From the human T2T-CHM13v2.0 reference genome, Homo sapiens, in assembly GCF_009914755.1 (NCBI RefSeq), contig NC_060947.1: a stretch of 64,000 bases of DNA, one strand, 5' to 3'. Shown here piece by piece: positions 1-17,183 of the stretch. The notes beneath the pieces are model-generated. The model saw only the letters and a program-made list of their open reading frames with translations, was not told where the DNA came from and searched no databases. How positions within the stretch are numbered: the first letter of the stretch is position 1; every line of letters begins with the position of its first letter. The position numbers and the translations under genes are program-made.

Positions 1-1478
<1,478 letters not shown>

Positions 1479-3772
1479 TTTGGAAATCTTTACCAACAAA
1501 GAAAAATTCTGATGTATTCTCTTTCAGTTGAATGTCCTCAGATGACTTTCGGCAGACTCTAGAGAATCTTCCCGAAGGTGAGTATCTCTCAAATCTAAAT
1601 GACCAGAGAACCTTTGTCCCTCCATGGATGCGAAAACTGGTAAGAGTGGGAGAATATCAAAAATGCCCTCACTGCCTCCTTTTTCCCATGTCTATCACAA
1701 CACCTGATGTAGCATTGACGGCTTGATAACACTGACAGTTGTAATCCTTAACACTTCTTTTGTTTTCATAGTGATGCCAGATATTCTAAGCAGGTTACAT
1801 GGATTAATTTATTTAATCCTTAAGAATACGTCTATGACGTTGTTTCTATTATTATCTCCAAATAATGTCTCATACATTTCAGTTGTCATCCACACAAAAG
1901 CCATGTGACTTGGCGCAAATCTTCTAAGTTCTCTGAGCTCCAGACTCCTGGGCCATGAAATGGAAGTAAAGAATCATAGTTCATGTTTTAGATCATAGTT
2001 ATCAGCAAAATAATAATAACATGAGACTATCGTGGTACAGAGATGTTAGAGAATTTTCCTGAGGTGCAGTGGCAGTGGTAGTCTGATCCAGAGCTCCAAG
2101 CCATTTAAAGCTCATTCACGTTTGCATTTGTTTATGAAGTTCAGATGTTGCTCACTAGGGCTTTACCCCATAGGGCCTGCTGGTGCTTCCAAGGAGACAC
2201 CCACTCTCGCAACAGGAAGGACCAGCTGGCTTCTGATCCGTTACTGGGGCCACTCGCATGGCTTAGGAATAGGTTTGACTGTGGGCCCCTCCCTACTGTG
2301 AGCTCCTTGAGGGCTTTCTCTACACCTGGTGCATCCGAGAAACCCCAGTCCCAGCCCAGGGGTTTCCTTGGAGGCCCCTGAACGAGTGACTCCACAACTA
2401 CATATTCAATTCCGGTTTAGAGGGTAAAGGGATCTGGGATTGGGTTGCCAGTATGGAGGACAAATTCAAAGAAGGATCATGAAAGGTATTAATTGTTATT
2501 ATTACTACATTTAAACAGTGTTTATAAGCTCAGAGAGGACTTTCCCTTAGCCTATTTTACATGTATTGTTCACTATTTCATAAGTGAGGAAGCTGAATAA
2601 ATGTAGCTTAAGACTGTTGGTCAGTGACCCATCCCAGTGCAACCAGAATTGATATGGGTACCACCTCACTGAATTCCACATTCAATGTTGGTGCCTCGGT
2701 AGGCTGGTATGCCAGATCTGGTACTGCTTTCTTTGCTGCCTGGATTAATTTCAGCAAACCATTTCTTTCCCTCTCCCTTCCCTGTATTCCTCTCCCCACA
2801 CCATCTTTCCCAGCAGTGTTTCGTCCCCTCCCTATGTTTTTACATTTACCCTCCCAGCAGCTGTCTACGAGCTTATATGGGATCCCTTGTATTTTATAGA
2901 AGCTCTTCCTTTTGCAGACCTGTGAATTCTTAGAATGCTATGCTCCAAATCTTCTGTATATCACACTCTCAATTACATGGAGATTTTTGCTGTTTGCAAG
3001 AATGTCAGTCCTAAAAGAGTGGGAAGATAAGCATTCTATCCCTGGAAACCCCATTCATGTAGGCCAATCCTTTCCCTTCTAACCTCCCCTCCCAGGTTTC
3101 TCCTAATTTAGGCAAGTGTAACTCTCCCAGCTTTGTTGAGAACATTGATTAAGGTAATGCATGCGAAGACGCTTTGTAAGCTCTAAAGCACTATAGAAAT
3201 GGCACTGATTCTGTTTATCTGTGACCTTCACATTATAAAGATCATGCCCAAGAAGCCAGCAGAGGAAGGAAATGATTAGAAGGGAGTGCCAGAAGCATCT
3301 GCCCCACAAAACGATCCGAAGCAGCTGTGCCCACCCAGGAAAAGCAAATACCTCTAGAAGATTCACAAGAGATCTGGTAAGAGGAAACAATTCGGGAACA
3401 AACCCTCTGGCTTTCCTGGCTATGTTCAGGTGTGTGGATTGGGTGTGTGGCACGGACCCCAGACAAGCCTGGGTCCCGGCTGAGCTGAGGAGCTTGCCCA
3501 GCGCCAGAAGAGATGTTAGACATGACTTCCAGAGACACAGAGTGGAGTTGTCATCCATATACAACCACGTGACTTGGGGCAAGTCTTCCAAATTTTCTCA
3601 GCTCCAGATTCCCAGTCCATACGATGGAAGTAAAGAATCATAGTTCACAAATTGTTTGGAGACATTATATTTAGTCTAGAAGGCCTGATGACATGAAAGG
3701 TGCTCAAGCAATTCTATCTGTAATTAATTACCTGGGATCATGTCTTACGCAGCTCAATGCCTGATACCCAAT

Positions 3773-5460
3773 CAGTTGTACTTCAGAGATATTGCAGGTT
3801 CGGTTCCAGACCACTGCAATAAAGTGAGTCACACATTTTTTTTGTTATTGTCGTTTCGCAGTGCATAAAAACATTACGTTTTCACTATAGTGTACTCTAC
3901 TAAGTGTGCAATAGCATTGTCTAAAAATGTACATACCTTAATTTTAAAATAATTCATTGATAAAAAATGCTAACAATCTTCTGAGCCTTCAGTGAGTCAC
4001 ACTCTTTTTGCTGGTGGAGGGTCTTGCCTTGGTGTTAATGGCTGCTGGCTGATCAAGGTGGTGGTTGCTGAAGATTGGAGTGGCTGTGGCAGTTTCTTAA
4101 AAGAACACAACGGTGAAATTTGCCACATTGATTAGCTCTCCCTTTCATGAAAGATTTCCCTGTAGTGTGTGATGCTACTGGATAGCATTTTACCCACAGT
4201 AGAACTTCTTTCAAAGTTGGAGTCAATCCTCTCTAGCTATGAAAGTCCTAGATGGCATCTCCTTCCAATAGAAGGCTATTTTATCTACATTGAAAATCTG
4301 TTGTTTAGTGTAGCCACCTTCATCAGTGATCTTAGCTAGATCTCCTGGATAACTTGCTGCAGCTTCTCCATCAGGGTTTGCTGCTTCACCTTGCACTTTT
4401 ATGTTATGGAGATGGCTTCTTTCCTTAAACCTCACGAACCAACTTCTACTAGCTTCACGTGTTTCTCCTGCAGCTTCTTCACCTCTCTCAGCTTTCATGG
4501 ACGTGAAGAGAGTTCAGGTCTTTCTCTGAATTAGACTTTGGCTTAAGGGAATGTTGTGGCTGGTTTCATGTTCTGTCCTGACCACGCAATCTTCCTCTAT
4601 TTCAGCAGTAAGGCTGCTTTACTTTCTTATTTGTGTGTTCACTGGAGTATTAGTATTATTATTTCCTTCAAGACCTTTCCTTTGCATTATATACTATTAT
4701 TTCCTTCAAGAACTTTTCCTTTGCAATCACAGCTTGGCTGTTTGGTGGAAGAGGCCGAGCTTTCAGCCTGTCTTGGCTTTCAGCGTGCCTTCCTCACTAA
4801 GCTTAGCCATTTCTAGCTTGTGATTTAGAGTGAGAGACATGCGACTCTTCCCTTCCTTTGAACACTTAGTGGCCATTGTAGGGTTGTTCATTGTCCTAAT
4901 TTCAGTATTGCTGTGTCTCAAGAAATAGGGAGGCCCAAGAAAAGGAAGGTAGGCAAGGAAGAGCTCATCGGTGGAGCAGTCAGAACACACACAACATTGA
5001 TCAATTAAGTTTGTCATCTTCTGTGGGTGCAGTTCCTGTTACCCCTAAAACAATTACCCACAACAGGGTGATTATTGTCAGTAATAACCTAATTGCACAT
5101 TTAAAAAAACTAACACAGTGTAAATGGATTGTTTGTAACACAAGGATAAATGGTTGAGGGGACGGATACCCTATTTGCCATGATGTGATTATTATGCATT
5201 GCATGCATGTATCAAAACATCTCACGTACCCCATAAGTATATAGACCTACTGCGTACCCACAAAAATAAAAAAAATTATTTTAAAAGACTAAAGAACAAC
5301 AAAACAATCGCAATCATAATATCAAAGCTCACTGATCACAGATCACTATAACAGATATAATAATAATGGAAAAGTGTAAAATTGGTGAGAATTTCAAAAA
5401 AAAATTGCAGTATCTGCGAAGCAGGATAAAAATGAGGTGCCATAAAACAAGGTTTGCCTT
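3773..5460 (-). mobile_element. Tigger1 DNA transposon, internally deleted, with nested L1MA 3' fragment
   Basis: Terminal sequences cagttgtacttcagagatattgcagg and tatctgcgaagc..aaaacaaggtttgcct; transposase remnant [35 protein letters not shown] (ORF 4223..4498). Confidence 0.9.
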
Positions 5461-6008
5461 GTGCCCTTAACGAATACGTGCAGCATGAAAGGAGGTATGG
5501 GTGAGTGTTCCCATAAGTGAAGAGGCTGGGAATCTAAACCTGACAACGGAAGGAGCCAGAAGCTAAAACTTTAATTGGTATTTGTGGTGTATTGGTGTGG
5601 ATCTAAGGCCTCAGCCTCTCTAAGCCAGAGAATGTGAAAAACTGGATAAAGAAGGCCCATGGGCACTTGGTGGTGGGGAGGCATCTCCTTTTTTGAGAAA
5701 ACAGAGCCTAACACTCTCCAACCCACCCAACCCTCACTTTCCAACTATTCTCCATCATAGGACCCAAAAGGGGGAAACATGCCTGGACCCACAGACTGCG
5801 TGAGAGAAAGCAGCTGGTGATTTATGAAGAGATCAGCGACCCTGAGGAAGATGACGAGTAACTCCGTAAGTGAACCTTCCGCTCATCCCCCACATCCCTG
5901 CAGATGTGCTATTCTGTTATGATACTGGTATCCCATCTGTCACTTGCTCCCCAAATCATTCCCTTTTCTAGGGTACAGCATTGAGGCTGAATGATGAGAT
6001 TTCCCATT

Positions 6009-6009
6009 C

Positions 6010-6045
<36 letters not shown>

Positions 6046-6332
6046 TTTTTTTTTGGAGGGATTCTTGCTCTGTCGCCCAGGCTGGATGTGGTGGCCCGAT
6101 TTCGCCTCACTGCAACTTCCGCATCCCGGTTCAAGCAATTTTCTTGCCTCAGCAACCTGAGTAGCTGGGATTACACGTGTGCACCCCACACACCCGGCTA
6201 ATTTTTGTATTTTTAGTAGAGATGAACTTTCACCATGTTGGTCAGGCTGGTCTCGAACTCCTGACCTCGGGATCCACCTGCCTCGGTCTCCCAAAGTGCT
6301 GGGTTTACAGGCGTGAGCCACCGCACCCGGCC
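6009..6332 (-). mobile_element. Alu specific to pseudogene intron 7
   Basis: TSD gatttcccat at 5998 and 6333; absent from the SSX2 paralog near 26670. Confidence 0.9.
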
Positions 6333-7060
6333 GATTTCCCATGCTCTTTCTACTCTCTACCCTGTATATCCAGGGATGCTCCCTACCCAGGATGCTGTGG
6401 GTTCCCAAACCCCAGGTCAGCCCTGATATGCGGGCCACACCTTCCTCTAGCCTAGGAATGGATCACCCAGGCGAAGAAGTCACTGTGGCATGAACAGATG
6501 GTTCACTTCGAGGAACCGTGGAAGGCGTGTGCAGGTCCTGAGGTAGGACAGAATCAGAGTGTGCAGGGTCTGCAGGTCAGGAGGAGTTGAGGTTGAGTTG
6601 TCACGTGGTGGGAACTCACTGCCACTTACTTTCCTTCTCTCTTCTTGCCTCAGCCTCGGGGATACGACACATGCCCATGATGAGAAGCAGAACGTGGTGA
6701 CCTTTCATGAACACGGGCATGGCTGTGGACCCCTCGTCATCAGGTGCATAGCAAGTGAAAGCAAGTGTTCACAACAGTGAAAAGTTGAGCGTCATTTTTC
6801 TTAGTGTGCCAAGAGTTCGATGTTAGAGTTTACGTTGTACTTTCTTACAGTGTGCCATTCTGTTAGATATTAACATTTTCACTGATCAGCAAGACATACT
6901 TAATGCATATTTCGGTTTGTGTATCCATGCACCTACCTTAGAAAACAAGTATAGTCAGGTATTCTCTCCATAGAACAGCACTACCCTCCTCTCTCCCCAG
7001 ATGTGACTGCTGAGGGGAGGTCTGAGTGTTTAATTTCAGATTTTTTCCTCTGCATTTACA

Positions 7061-7095
<35 letters not shown>

Positions 7096-7461
7096 CCAAG
7101 TAACACTATAAGCATCTCCCATCTGCTTGTACTCCCCTCATCCGATTCCCCTCTATCAGTCACTGACAGTTAATAAACATTTGCAAACGTTCCCCAGTTG
7201 TTTGCTCCTCTCATTATTGTGCACACAGCTCTCTGCATGTGTATGAATATTTCTTTAGGAAAGATTCTTAGAAGTGGAATTGCTGTGTCAAACGAGTCAC
7301 TTATTCAACAAAAAACTAATGAGTGCATACTCATGCTGAGCGCTGTTCTAGGTGCTGGAGAGACACCAGGGAACAAGGCAGACAGATGTTTCTGACCCCC
7401 ATTCTAGAGGAAGATGTTTCCCGTTGTTGGGTTTCTTGGTTTGTTTGTTTGTTTCTTCTAG

Positions 7462-7623
<162 letters not shown>

Positions 7624-9718
7624 TAGAGAGTCTCACTATGTTACCCAGGCTGGTCTCCACCTCCTGGGTTCAGGCAATCCTCTCACCTTGGCCTCCTAAT
7701 ATATTGGGATTACAGGCGTAAGCCACCGCACCTGGCCTCCAGTTTTTATTTTGATAGAGACTATACACTTCAGTCCTGGAGCAGGATTCTGCAGCAGGTG
7801 TTTGGGCATCTTGGCCTTCGCTCTCTGAACCATTTTCGGGTTCTAGGGCTGGGACGGTCCATTTGGGAGTATGTAGGAGGAGACACAGATGAAATCGTCA
7901 TCTGGGGAACGCAGAGGGATGAGGAAGATGCGTGCACTGTAGACCCTGTGATGCACAGGGAATAGAAGAGTCCACTTAGTCTCCATGCAAAGGAGCAACG
8001 GTGGGAAAGTCTCCTGGACAGGAGCGTGAGACTGCCCATCAAGGATCTCACCAACCAAGGGCCTGGGGGCTGGGGTGGGGACGATGATTTGGGAATGGGA
8101 CAGTTCTTTCTCACATATACCACTGCACGGTGCGGAGGTGGAACAGTTGTGGGGAAGGAAGGGCAGAGGGGAGTCCGTTTTAGAACAAACCAGTGTGTGT
8201 GAATGAAGACATTAAACCTCCATTCACACACAACAGACTTGAAACACCAGCCCCGGGTGGAGGCAGGACTGGAGCTCTTTTGACCATTCATACCCCATCA
8301 CCTTGGCCTCCTGGTTCTCCCCAGCCTTGGAAGGAGGACACTATCATCATTATGCCTATATGATAGATGAGAGAGGGAGTCCCAGACAGATGGTAGGCAT
8401 CTTGTCACAGGTCCTACAGCTGGCAGGTGCAGGAGGGGCTGAGTTTGGAGTTCATTGACTCTAGAAATATTAAGGAGGAAAGGTGTGTGTGGTGGAGGGA
8501 GGGAGAATTGAACAAACTCCAGGTTCTGTCCCCAGTCGCAAGGTAGAGGTTGTGGGTTCATTTTCCAAGACAGGGAGCCCTTAGAGATGGAGAGTGCAGG
8601 GAGGAAGAGGCAATCGTGGACATAGTGGGGACAGTGGGAGACAGAGATGTGCAGCCTGGGCAGAAGAGAGGCAGGCAAAGAAGCAGGGGATACCCAAGAC
8701 CAAGTGTGGGCTGTCACAGCCACCAGAGGGAGAGGGTGCCAGGAAGGAGGTTGTGGGCCTCCAGGAGCAAGAGGTTCCCTAGATCTGTGAGCATGCCCTG
8801 CCTGGCACTGCAGGAAGAGATGGCTGCCACCCAGGTCAGTGTGGACATACCTCTACCTGTGTCTCAGAGGAAACAAATTCTATTTTATCCCAATATAGTT
8901 CTGTATTACACAAATGTAACATTCCAATACTAGATATTGAGTGCCTTACCCTCCATGCAAATAGAGGAGAGGATACCCTAAAGGAGATACCGAAGGATTT
9001 GATTTTTCTTTCTCCCTGGGAAGATGGGATCCATAAGTTGAGTCCCCCAGCCCACAAGACAGGTGCAAAGAAGGGTGGCTGGAAGATTGTGAGTCATGAC
9101 AGGGAACATTTTTCGTTAGGTTCCATGGGTATATAAAACTCCCGACTATCTGTCTATCAGGGATAAAGAGTGAACATGGTCCCCTCTCCACAAATGTGTT
9201 TCTCTCCTTCACTATTACAGTGAAGGTCTGAAGTTCCGTCAAGTTCTGATACATTACTTTTATTATTATTATTTGTTTTTTTCTTTCCTTTTTTTTTTGA
9301 GACAGAATGTCACTCTGTCACCCAGGCTGGAGCGCAGTGGCGAGATCTCCCACTGCACTTCCAAGTTCGAAGGAATGTTGGGTAGGGTACGGGATCTATC
9401 TGCCATCTTGCTTCAATCATCTGGTTTTAGATATTTTATGTACTTTTGTCACTATATATGTGTAATTTTTCTCAATTTGGATTTCTAAATGGTTATTATT
9501 GGTATGTAGAAAAGCTATCTATTACTGTATATAATAATTTGTTACCTGTCTGGGTGCAGCTTCCCCTGCATTTTGGCACAAGACTCAATCTGTTTTATTC
9601 TCAAAAAAAAAAAAAAAACAAACAAAAACAAAACAAAACAAAACAAAACCTGATAGCCTGGGTGCGGTGGCTCATGCCTGTCATCCCAGCACTTTGGTAG
9701 GCCGAGGTGTGTAGATCA

Positions 9719-9973
<255 letters not shown>

Positions 9974-11610
9974 TCACTTCACAGGCAATAGAGAGTTATA
10001 AAAGGATACTTTATGGAAGATTTCATAGAGAAGACTGATGGAAAGAAAGAAGTGTATATTTTACAGAGCTGAGCAGTTCACAGCAAAAATCACCAGAACT
10101 GCCTTTTTCTCCAAAATTATTACCCCTAAGCTATTCTACTACTGGTTCTTCTAGTCCTTCCCTCTATTCCAAATCCTCAAATTGTCCATTTTCTTATTGC
10201 AATAATTTTCCTCTGCCCAGATCTAGGTCCTCCACAACACTTAGCACTCTCTTCGAGTGTTTGCATGCCCATTGTTTTAGCTCAGGTTCCCAAGGAAACA
10301 GAATTTGGGCCATTCCGGACACCTCTAGACAGACTATACCGAGAAACCATGCCTGGAACGGTGCAGGGGGAGAGGAGAGGAGAGGGAATTTACATACCTG
10401 GCTCTCACTCCTGGTTCCTTTTCTTAACGGTCAAAATTTATCCCACAGGCACGAGCTCCCCTACACTTCTAGATTGCATCATCTGCCCCCTTGGCAGCTG
10501 TCTGGGAAGCCAGATCCCACACTTGGAAGTGTAGTTTTTTCATACAATCCAAAAGTGGTAGCAGAGGCCAGGTGTGGTGGCTCACGCCTGTAATTCCAGC
10601 ACTTTGGGAGGCCGATGCAGGCAGATCGTGAGGTCAGGAGCTCGAGACCAGCCTCGATAGCATGGTGAAACCCCGTCTATACTAAAAGTACAGATTTAGC
10701 TGGGCATGGTGACGTGCACCCGTAATCCCAGATACTCCGGAGGCAGAGGTGGGAGAATCGCTTGACCTCGAGAGGCAGAGGTTGCACTGAGCTGAGATCT
10801 CACCATTATACTCCAGCCTGGAGGACAGAGCGAGACTCAATCTCAAAAACAAAACAAAACAAACAAACAAACAAACAAACACAAAAGTGGTAGCAGAAGT
10901 CAGAAAGTCCAGGTATGTAGCTACTTTGCCTAGTTGTAAAGCAGCAGCCAAGGGTGAAAACTGAATACTCCCAGGCAAGTCCTAAGTTCACCGAGTAACT
11001 GGAGTACCCATCTGTGTTAGTTAATTGCCTTTATCTGAAGGAAAAGTAAAACTCATGTCTCTGTGACAACCAGGTGCTTACAGCTTGGAGCGAGGCACCT
11101 AGGCTAAACTCCTCTGGTGACAGGGAGACAAGGACATCATCTTCCTCAATGTTCACATTTCAAAGAGATGGCTCCAAGGCCCTGAAGAAAGACATTCCTA
11201 GGGGATGGGCGTGGTGGCTCACGCCTGTAATCCCAACACTTTGGGAGGCTGAGGCTGGAGGATCACTTGAGGCCTGGAGTTCAAGTTCAAGACATTCCTG
11301 GGTTCTAGGATGGCCAGAGGCTTACAGATCAAAGGAAGAATTTACAAATACAAATTTTCTCAAGAAAATGCTCTAAGGAAAGTGAAATGGGGAAAGGTCT
11401 CTTCTTCCCTTTTGGCAACAGGAAAAATTCAATTTTATGTTTAGTTACCCTTACAATATCCCCCTTTTGTTATTGTTTTATAGGAACACTGCAATTTTCT
11501 AATTATCTCCACTGCTGTTTCTATCTTTCTCTGTGTGGTTTACAGCCACCTAGATATCCAACAAGTCCATAGTAAGATGCAAAGCAAAGCAATTATCAGG
11601 ATTATAATAG

Positions 11611-11921
<311 letters not shown>

Positions 11922-12582
11922 TAAATTCAGTATAATACTCCCCTTGTTTGGGCGGCGGGACCTTTAAACACATCATACTGGTTAATTGTGTCAAAGTCAA
12001 AATAAATTATAGAGACAAATCCCTAAATCAAATGCTGTATTTGGGAATCACAAAATTGCAATCCAGGGCATATACAAGGACTAGGGTGGTCTTCAGTGTG
12101 TCCAACGAACAAACAGAAGTTGGAAATTTTATTAGAAAGAAAAATGTTACATATTGTTTTGAAATGAGGCTCATTGGCCCTGGAGAAGCTGGTTCATTCG
12201 CACAATCAGCTTTCACATTCCCTCTTTTGATCAACATCTTTGTTTGAAAACCTCACTGATTAGCCATCTTAAAGTGAGGCTTCACTGTCACTCCATGCCA
12301 GGATGGACGTGGGCCGGTTGTCTTTGTCCCATGTCAAGGGAAAGGTAAGGGAGTCTAGATCAGGGACATGGGCCATATTTGAGCCACAAAGAGGCCAGAA
12401 GGAAAAAAAAAAATTCAGGCAGGTTTGTCTGGAGTTCAGCATCAAATTCCATCTTGTTAGTCCCATCTATATTAGCATTCATCTTGAAGCACTAGGCCAA
12501 CATTTTCCTGTTGGTAGAACTGGCTTAACAAATATTAGACAGGCAACAAGAATGGAGCTCAAAGATCATAATACAAAAGTAA

Positions 12583-12913
<331 letters not shown>

Positions 12914-13524
12914 TAATTAGCAATAGTAGAATAAATTTAGTTTGTACAATGATTTTGAACTAAGATCCCAAGCCTAAGGGCCACCAGCTAAACAAATCAA
13001 AAGACTATGGGGGAATTGAATGAGACCTCTTATAGTCTTTGAGTAGCATTTGAGGACTGGGTTGAATTAAAGCAGAGTGCCAACTCTATAAAAGGGACCA
13101 CTCTATAAAAAGGATTCACTAGGTGAATCAAAGGATTTGGGAGTCATGGTCTGCCAAGTGAAAAATGTAGACATTAAGGGGATAAGAGTCTCATTATGAT
13201 ATGAAGACTTATTCTGATATCTTGGGAAAAGCTGTCTACAATGTGGAATCGTCAGCTTCTCATCCTGATTTGTCGTTCGAATGTCTCTGGTTATGGCATT
13301 CGACAGTTTGGTGAACTTTTTGTGTGGTCCATGCATCAGACACGAGACTTGTTCCTTAAAATGTATGCAGTTTGGCTAGGTGCAGTGGTTCATGCCTGTA
13401 ATCCCAGCATTTTGGGAGGCTGAGGTGGGCAGATCACGAGGTCAGGAGATAGAGACCATCCTGGGTAACTCGGTGAAACCCCGCCTCTACTAAAAATACA
13501 AAAAATTAGCCGGGGATGTTGTCA

Positions 13525-13668
<144 letters not shown>

Positions 13669-13695
13669 TTATGCAGTTTTTGTCTTAGAGTATTT

Positions 13696-14609
<914 letters not shown>

Positions 14610-14718
14610 AGGCTTCAGGAACAGAGCAGTTTCTGTTTTTAGTAATTTTATGGGAAAAAGTTGGATCTAGTCTAGTCTGTATGTAGATAACAAGAACTCG
14701 GCCAGGCGCAGTGGCTCA

Positions 14719-15074
<356 letters not shown>

Positions 15075-15467
15075 TTAGCAACATAATTTTTCTCTATACA
15101 TTGATCACTTAGGAATCTCAGATTTAAAAACCTCTTGAGCATAGAAAGTCAAACCAAGGCCGACCTTAGATTTCACCTACCTTCTTAAGGTTCCTGGGCC
15201 TGACAGAAAGTGACCGTTTTTATTCACCCACTCTAAAGCTAAAAACACTTGAAGTCAGGCATTCCATGCATTTTGATGAAAGCCTTGGTAATATAACCAA
15301 TTTTTTTTTCTTTTTGAGACAGTCTTGCTCTGTCACCCAGACTGCTGAGATCTCAGCTCGCTGCAGCCTCCACCTCCTGGTTTCAAGCAATTCTCCTGCT
15401 TCAGCCTCCTGAGTAGCTAGGATTACACATGTACACCACCATGCCCTACTACATTTTTTCTTTATAA

Positions 15468-15608
<141 letters not shown>

Positions 15609-15639
15609 TAATTGTATCTGTCTATAAAGAGAGAGCAGA

Positions 15640-15770
15640 TTTTTTTGTGTGTGTTTAGAAAAAAGGTGGGTCAGGTGCAATGGCTCACACCTAAAATCCC
15701 AGAGCTTTGGGAGGCCACTTGAGCCCAGAAGTTCAAGATCAACCTGGGCAACATAACTAGACCCCCATTG

Positions 15771-15827
<57 letters not shown>

Positions 15828-16506
15828 AAAGAAAACAAAAAGGAAAGATGGAAAAGAGAAAAGAAGTATGGTTTTATAACTACCTGCAGGTAGGGCCTGC
15901 ATGAGGTGGTGGGTGTACTTGAGAGAAGAGAAGAGGAACGGAGGAGAGGAGAGGGGAGGGGAGGAAAGGGGGGGAGAAGGGCGAGGGGAGGGGGAGGAAG
16001 GGGACAGGGGAGGGGGAGCGGTGGAGCGGCACGGAGGCGGGAATGGTTTTATTACTACCTGCAGGCAGGGCCTGCATGAGGTGGTGGGTGTGCTGGGCCC
16101 AGGGTACGTGTGGGCTGTGAGGAGATGGTGATGGTGAGGCTGGAAGGAAAGGGGGTGGCTTGGAAACCAGGCCCAGGGGATCCTCAGATCCGCTTCTTGG
16201 AATGGGCAGCCTTGAGAAAAGAGTCATGGTAAGCCACAGTCATGCCATCCATCAGATGCAGACATTCTTGGAAATCCAGCTGCCCATCACTAGTGAGGTC
16301 CAGTTTCTTCATCATGTGGTCAAAGACACTGGGGGCCTCTGGTTCTTCATGAAGGCATCCAGTTCTGTATTCATGAAGCTTGGGAACTCCATCTTGGAGT
16401 GAATGCTATCGTAACCATCCTTTCCAGCCTATTTCTGGAAAATAGCAATCAGGGACTCTCTGTAGGGCTGGAGACTTTTGCCATGTTGGAGTTGAATGAG
16501 GCACCA
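15640..16506 (-). pseudogene. S100A11 processed pseudogene (CDS-like 16484-16184)
   Basis: Intronless, reads MAKVSSPTE../SLIAIFQK*AGKDGYDSIHSKMEFPSFMNTELDAFMKNQ../GVFDHMMKKLDLTSDGQLDFQECLHLMDGMTVAYHDSFLKAAHSKKRI* (S100A11-like). Has frameshifts and a stop, AATAAA at 16053-16048, and TSD-like agagcag(a/g)ttttt near 15632 and 16507. Confidence 0.9.
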
Positions 16507-17033
16507 AGAGCAGGTTTTTACTGGACCTGTGTAAATAACCATATTGCCATAGGAATATTTACAAATAGTTTTCAAATTCTGGAGGAATTGAGTAGTAAGA
16601 AAAAGCAAACATTTCCATCTCAGTTTACAAAAGTATACTTCACAAAATTATTATAAACTATAGATAGTTTAACAGAGAAAATTTTCTCTTTTTTTTTTCA
16701 TTTTTTTGAGAAAGGATTGCGCCCCGTCGCCCAGGCTGGAGTGCAGTGGTGCAAACACGGCTCCCTGCAACCTCTGCGTCCCGACTCAAGTGATCCTCCC
16801 ACCTCGGCCTTGCAAGTAGCTGGGACCACAGGTGCGTGCCACCATGCCCAGCTAATCTTCTTATTTTTGTTTTTGTTTTTGTAGAGACAGGGTTTTGCCA
16901 TGTTGCCCAATCGGGTCTGGAACTCCTGGGCTCAAGCGATCCTCCTGCCTTGGCTTCCAAAGTGAGCCACCACATCCCACCAGAAAATTTTCTTAAATGT
17001 GGAAAACAAAACATTTAGGTAAAAAACAAATAA

Positions 17034-17183
<150 letters not shown>

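Larger units (their letters stand above)
1528..7190 (+). pseudogene. 5'-truncated unprocessed SSX pseudogene: exon 5 1528-1577, exon 6 3241-3376, exon 7 5761-5865, exon 8 6654-~7190
   Basis: Exon lengths and splice sites match SSX2. In-frame TAG at 1560-1562 and 3277-3279, and compensating +1/-1 indels in exon 6. Exons 1-4 and promoter are absent. AATAAA at 7172-7177. Confidence 0.92.

Noticed and set aside
4223-5017. Tigger transposase ORFs as a domesticated gene
   Set aside because: Fragmented, internally deleted, with stops and frameshifts in both paralogs.
7770-8933. Single-exon ORFs of 127-173 aa in the downstream unique block as novel proteins
   Set aside because: Starts, frames and stops are not conserved between the two paralogous copies; treated only as possible exon fossils.
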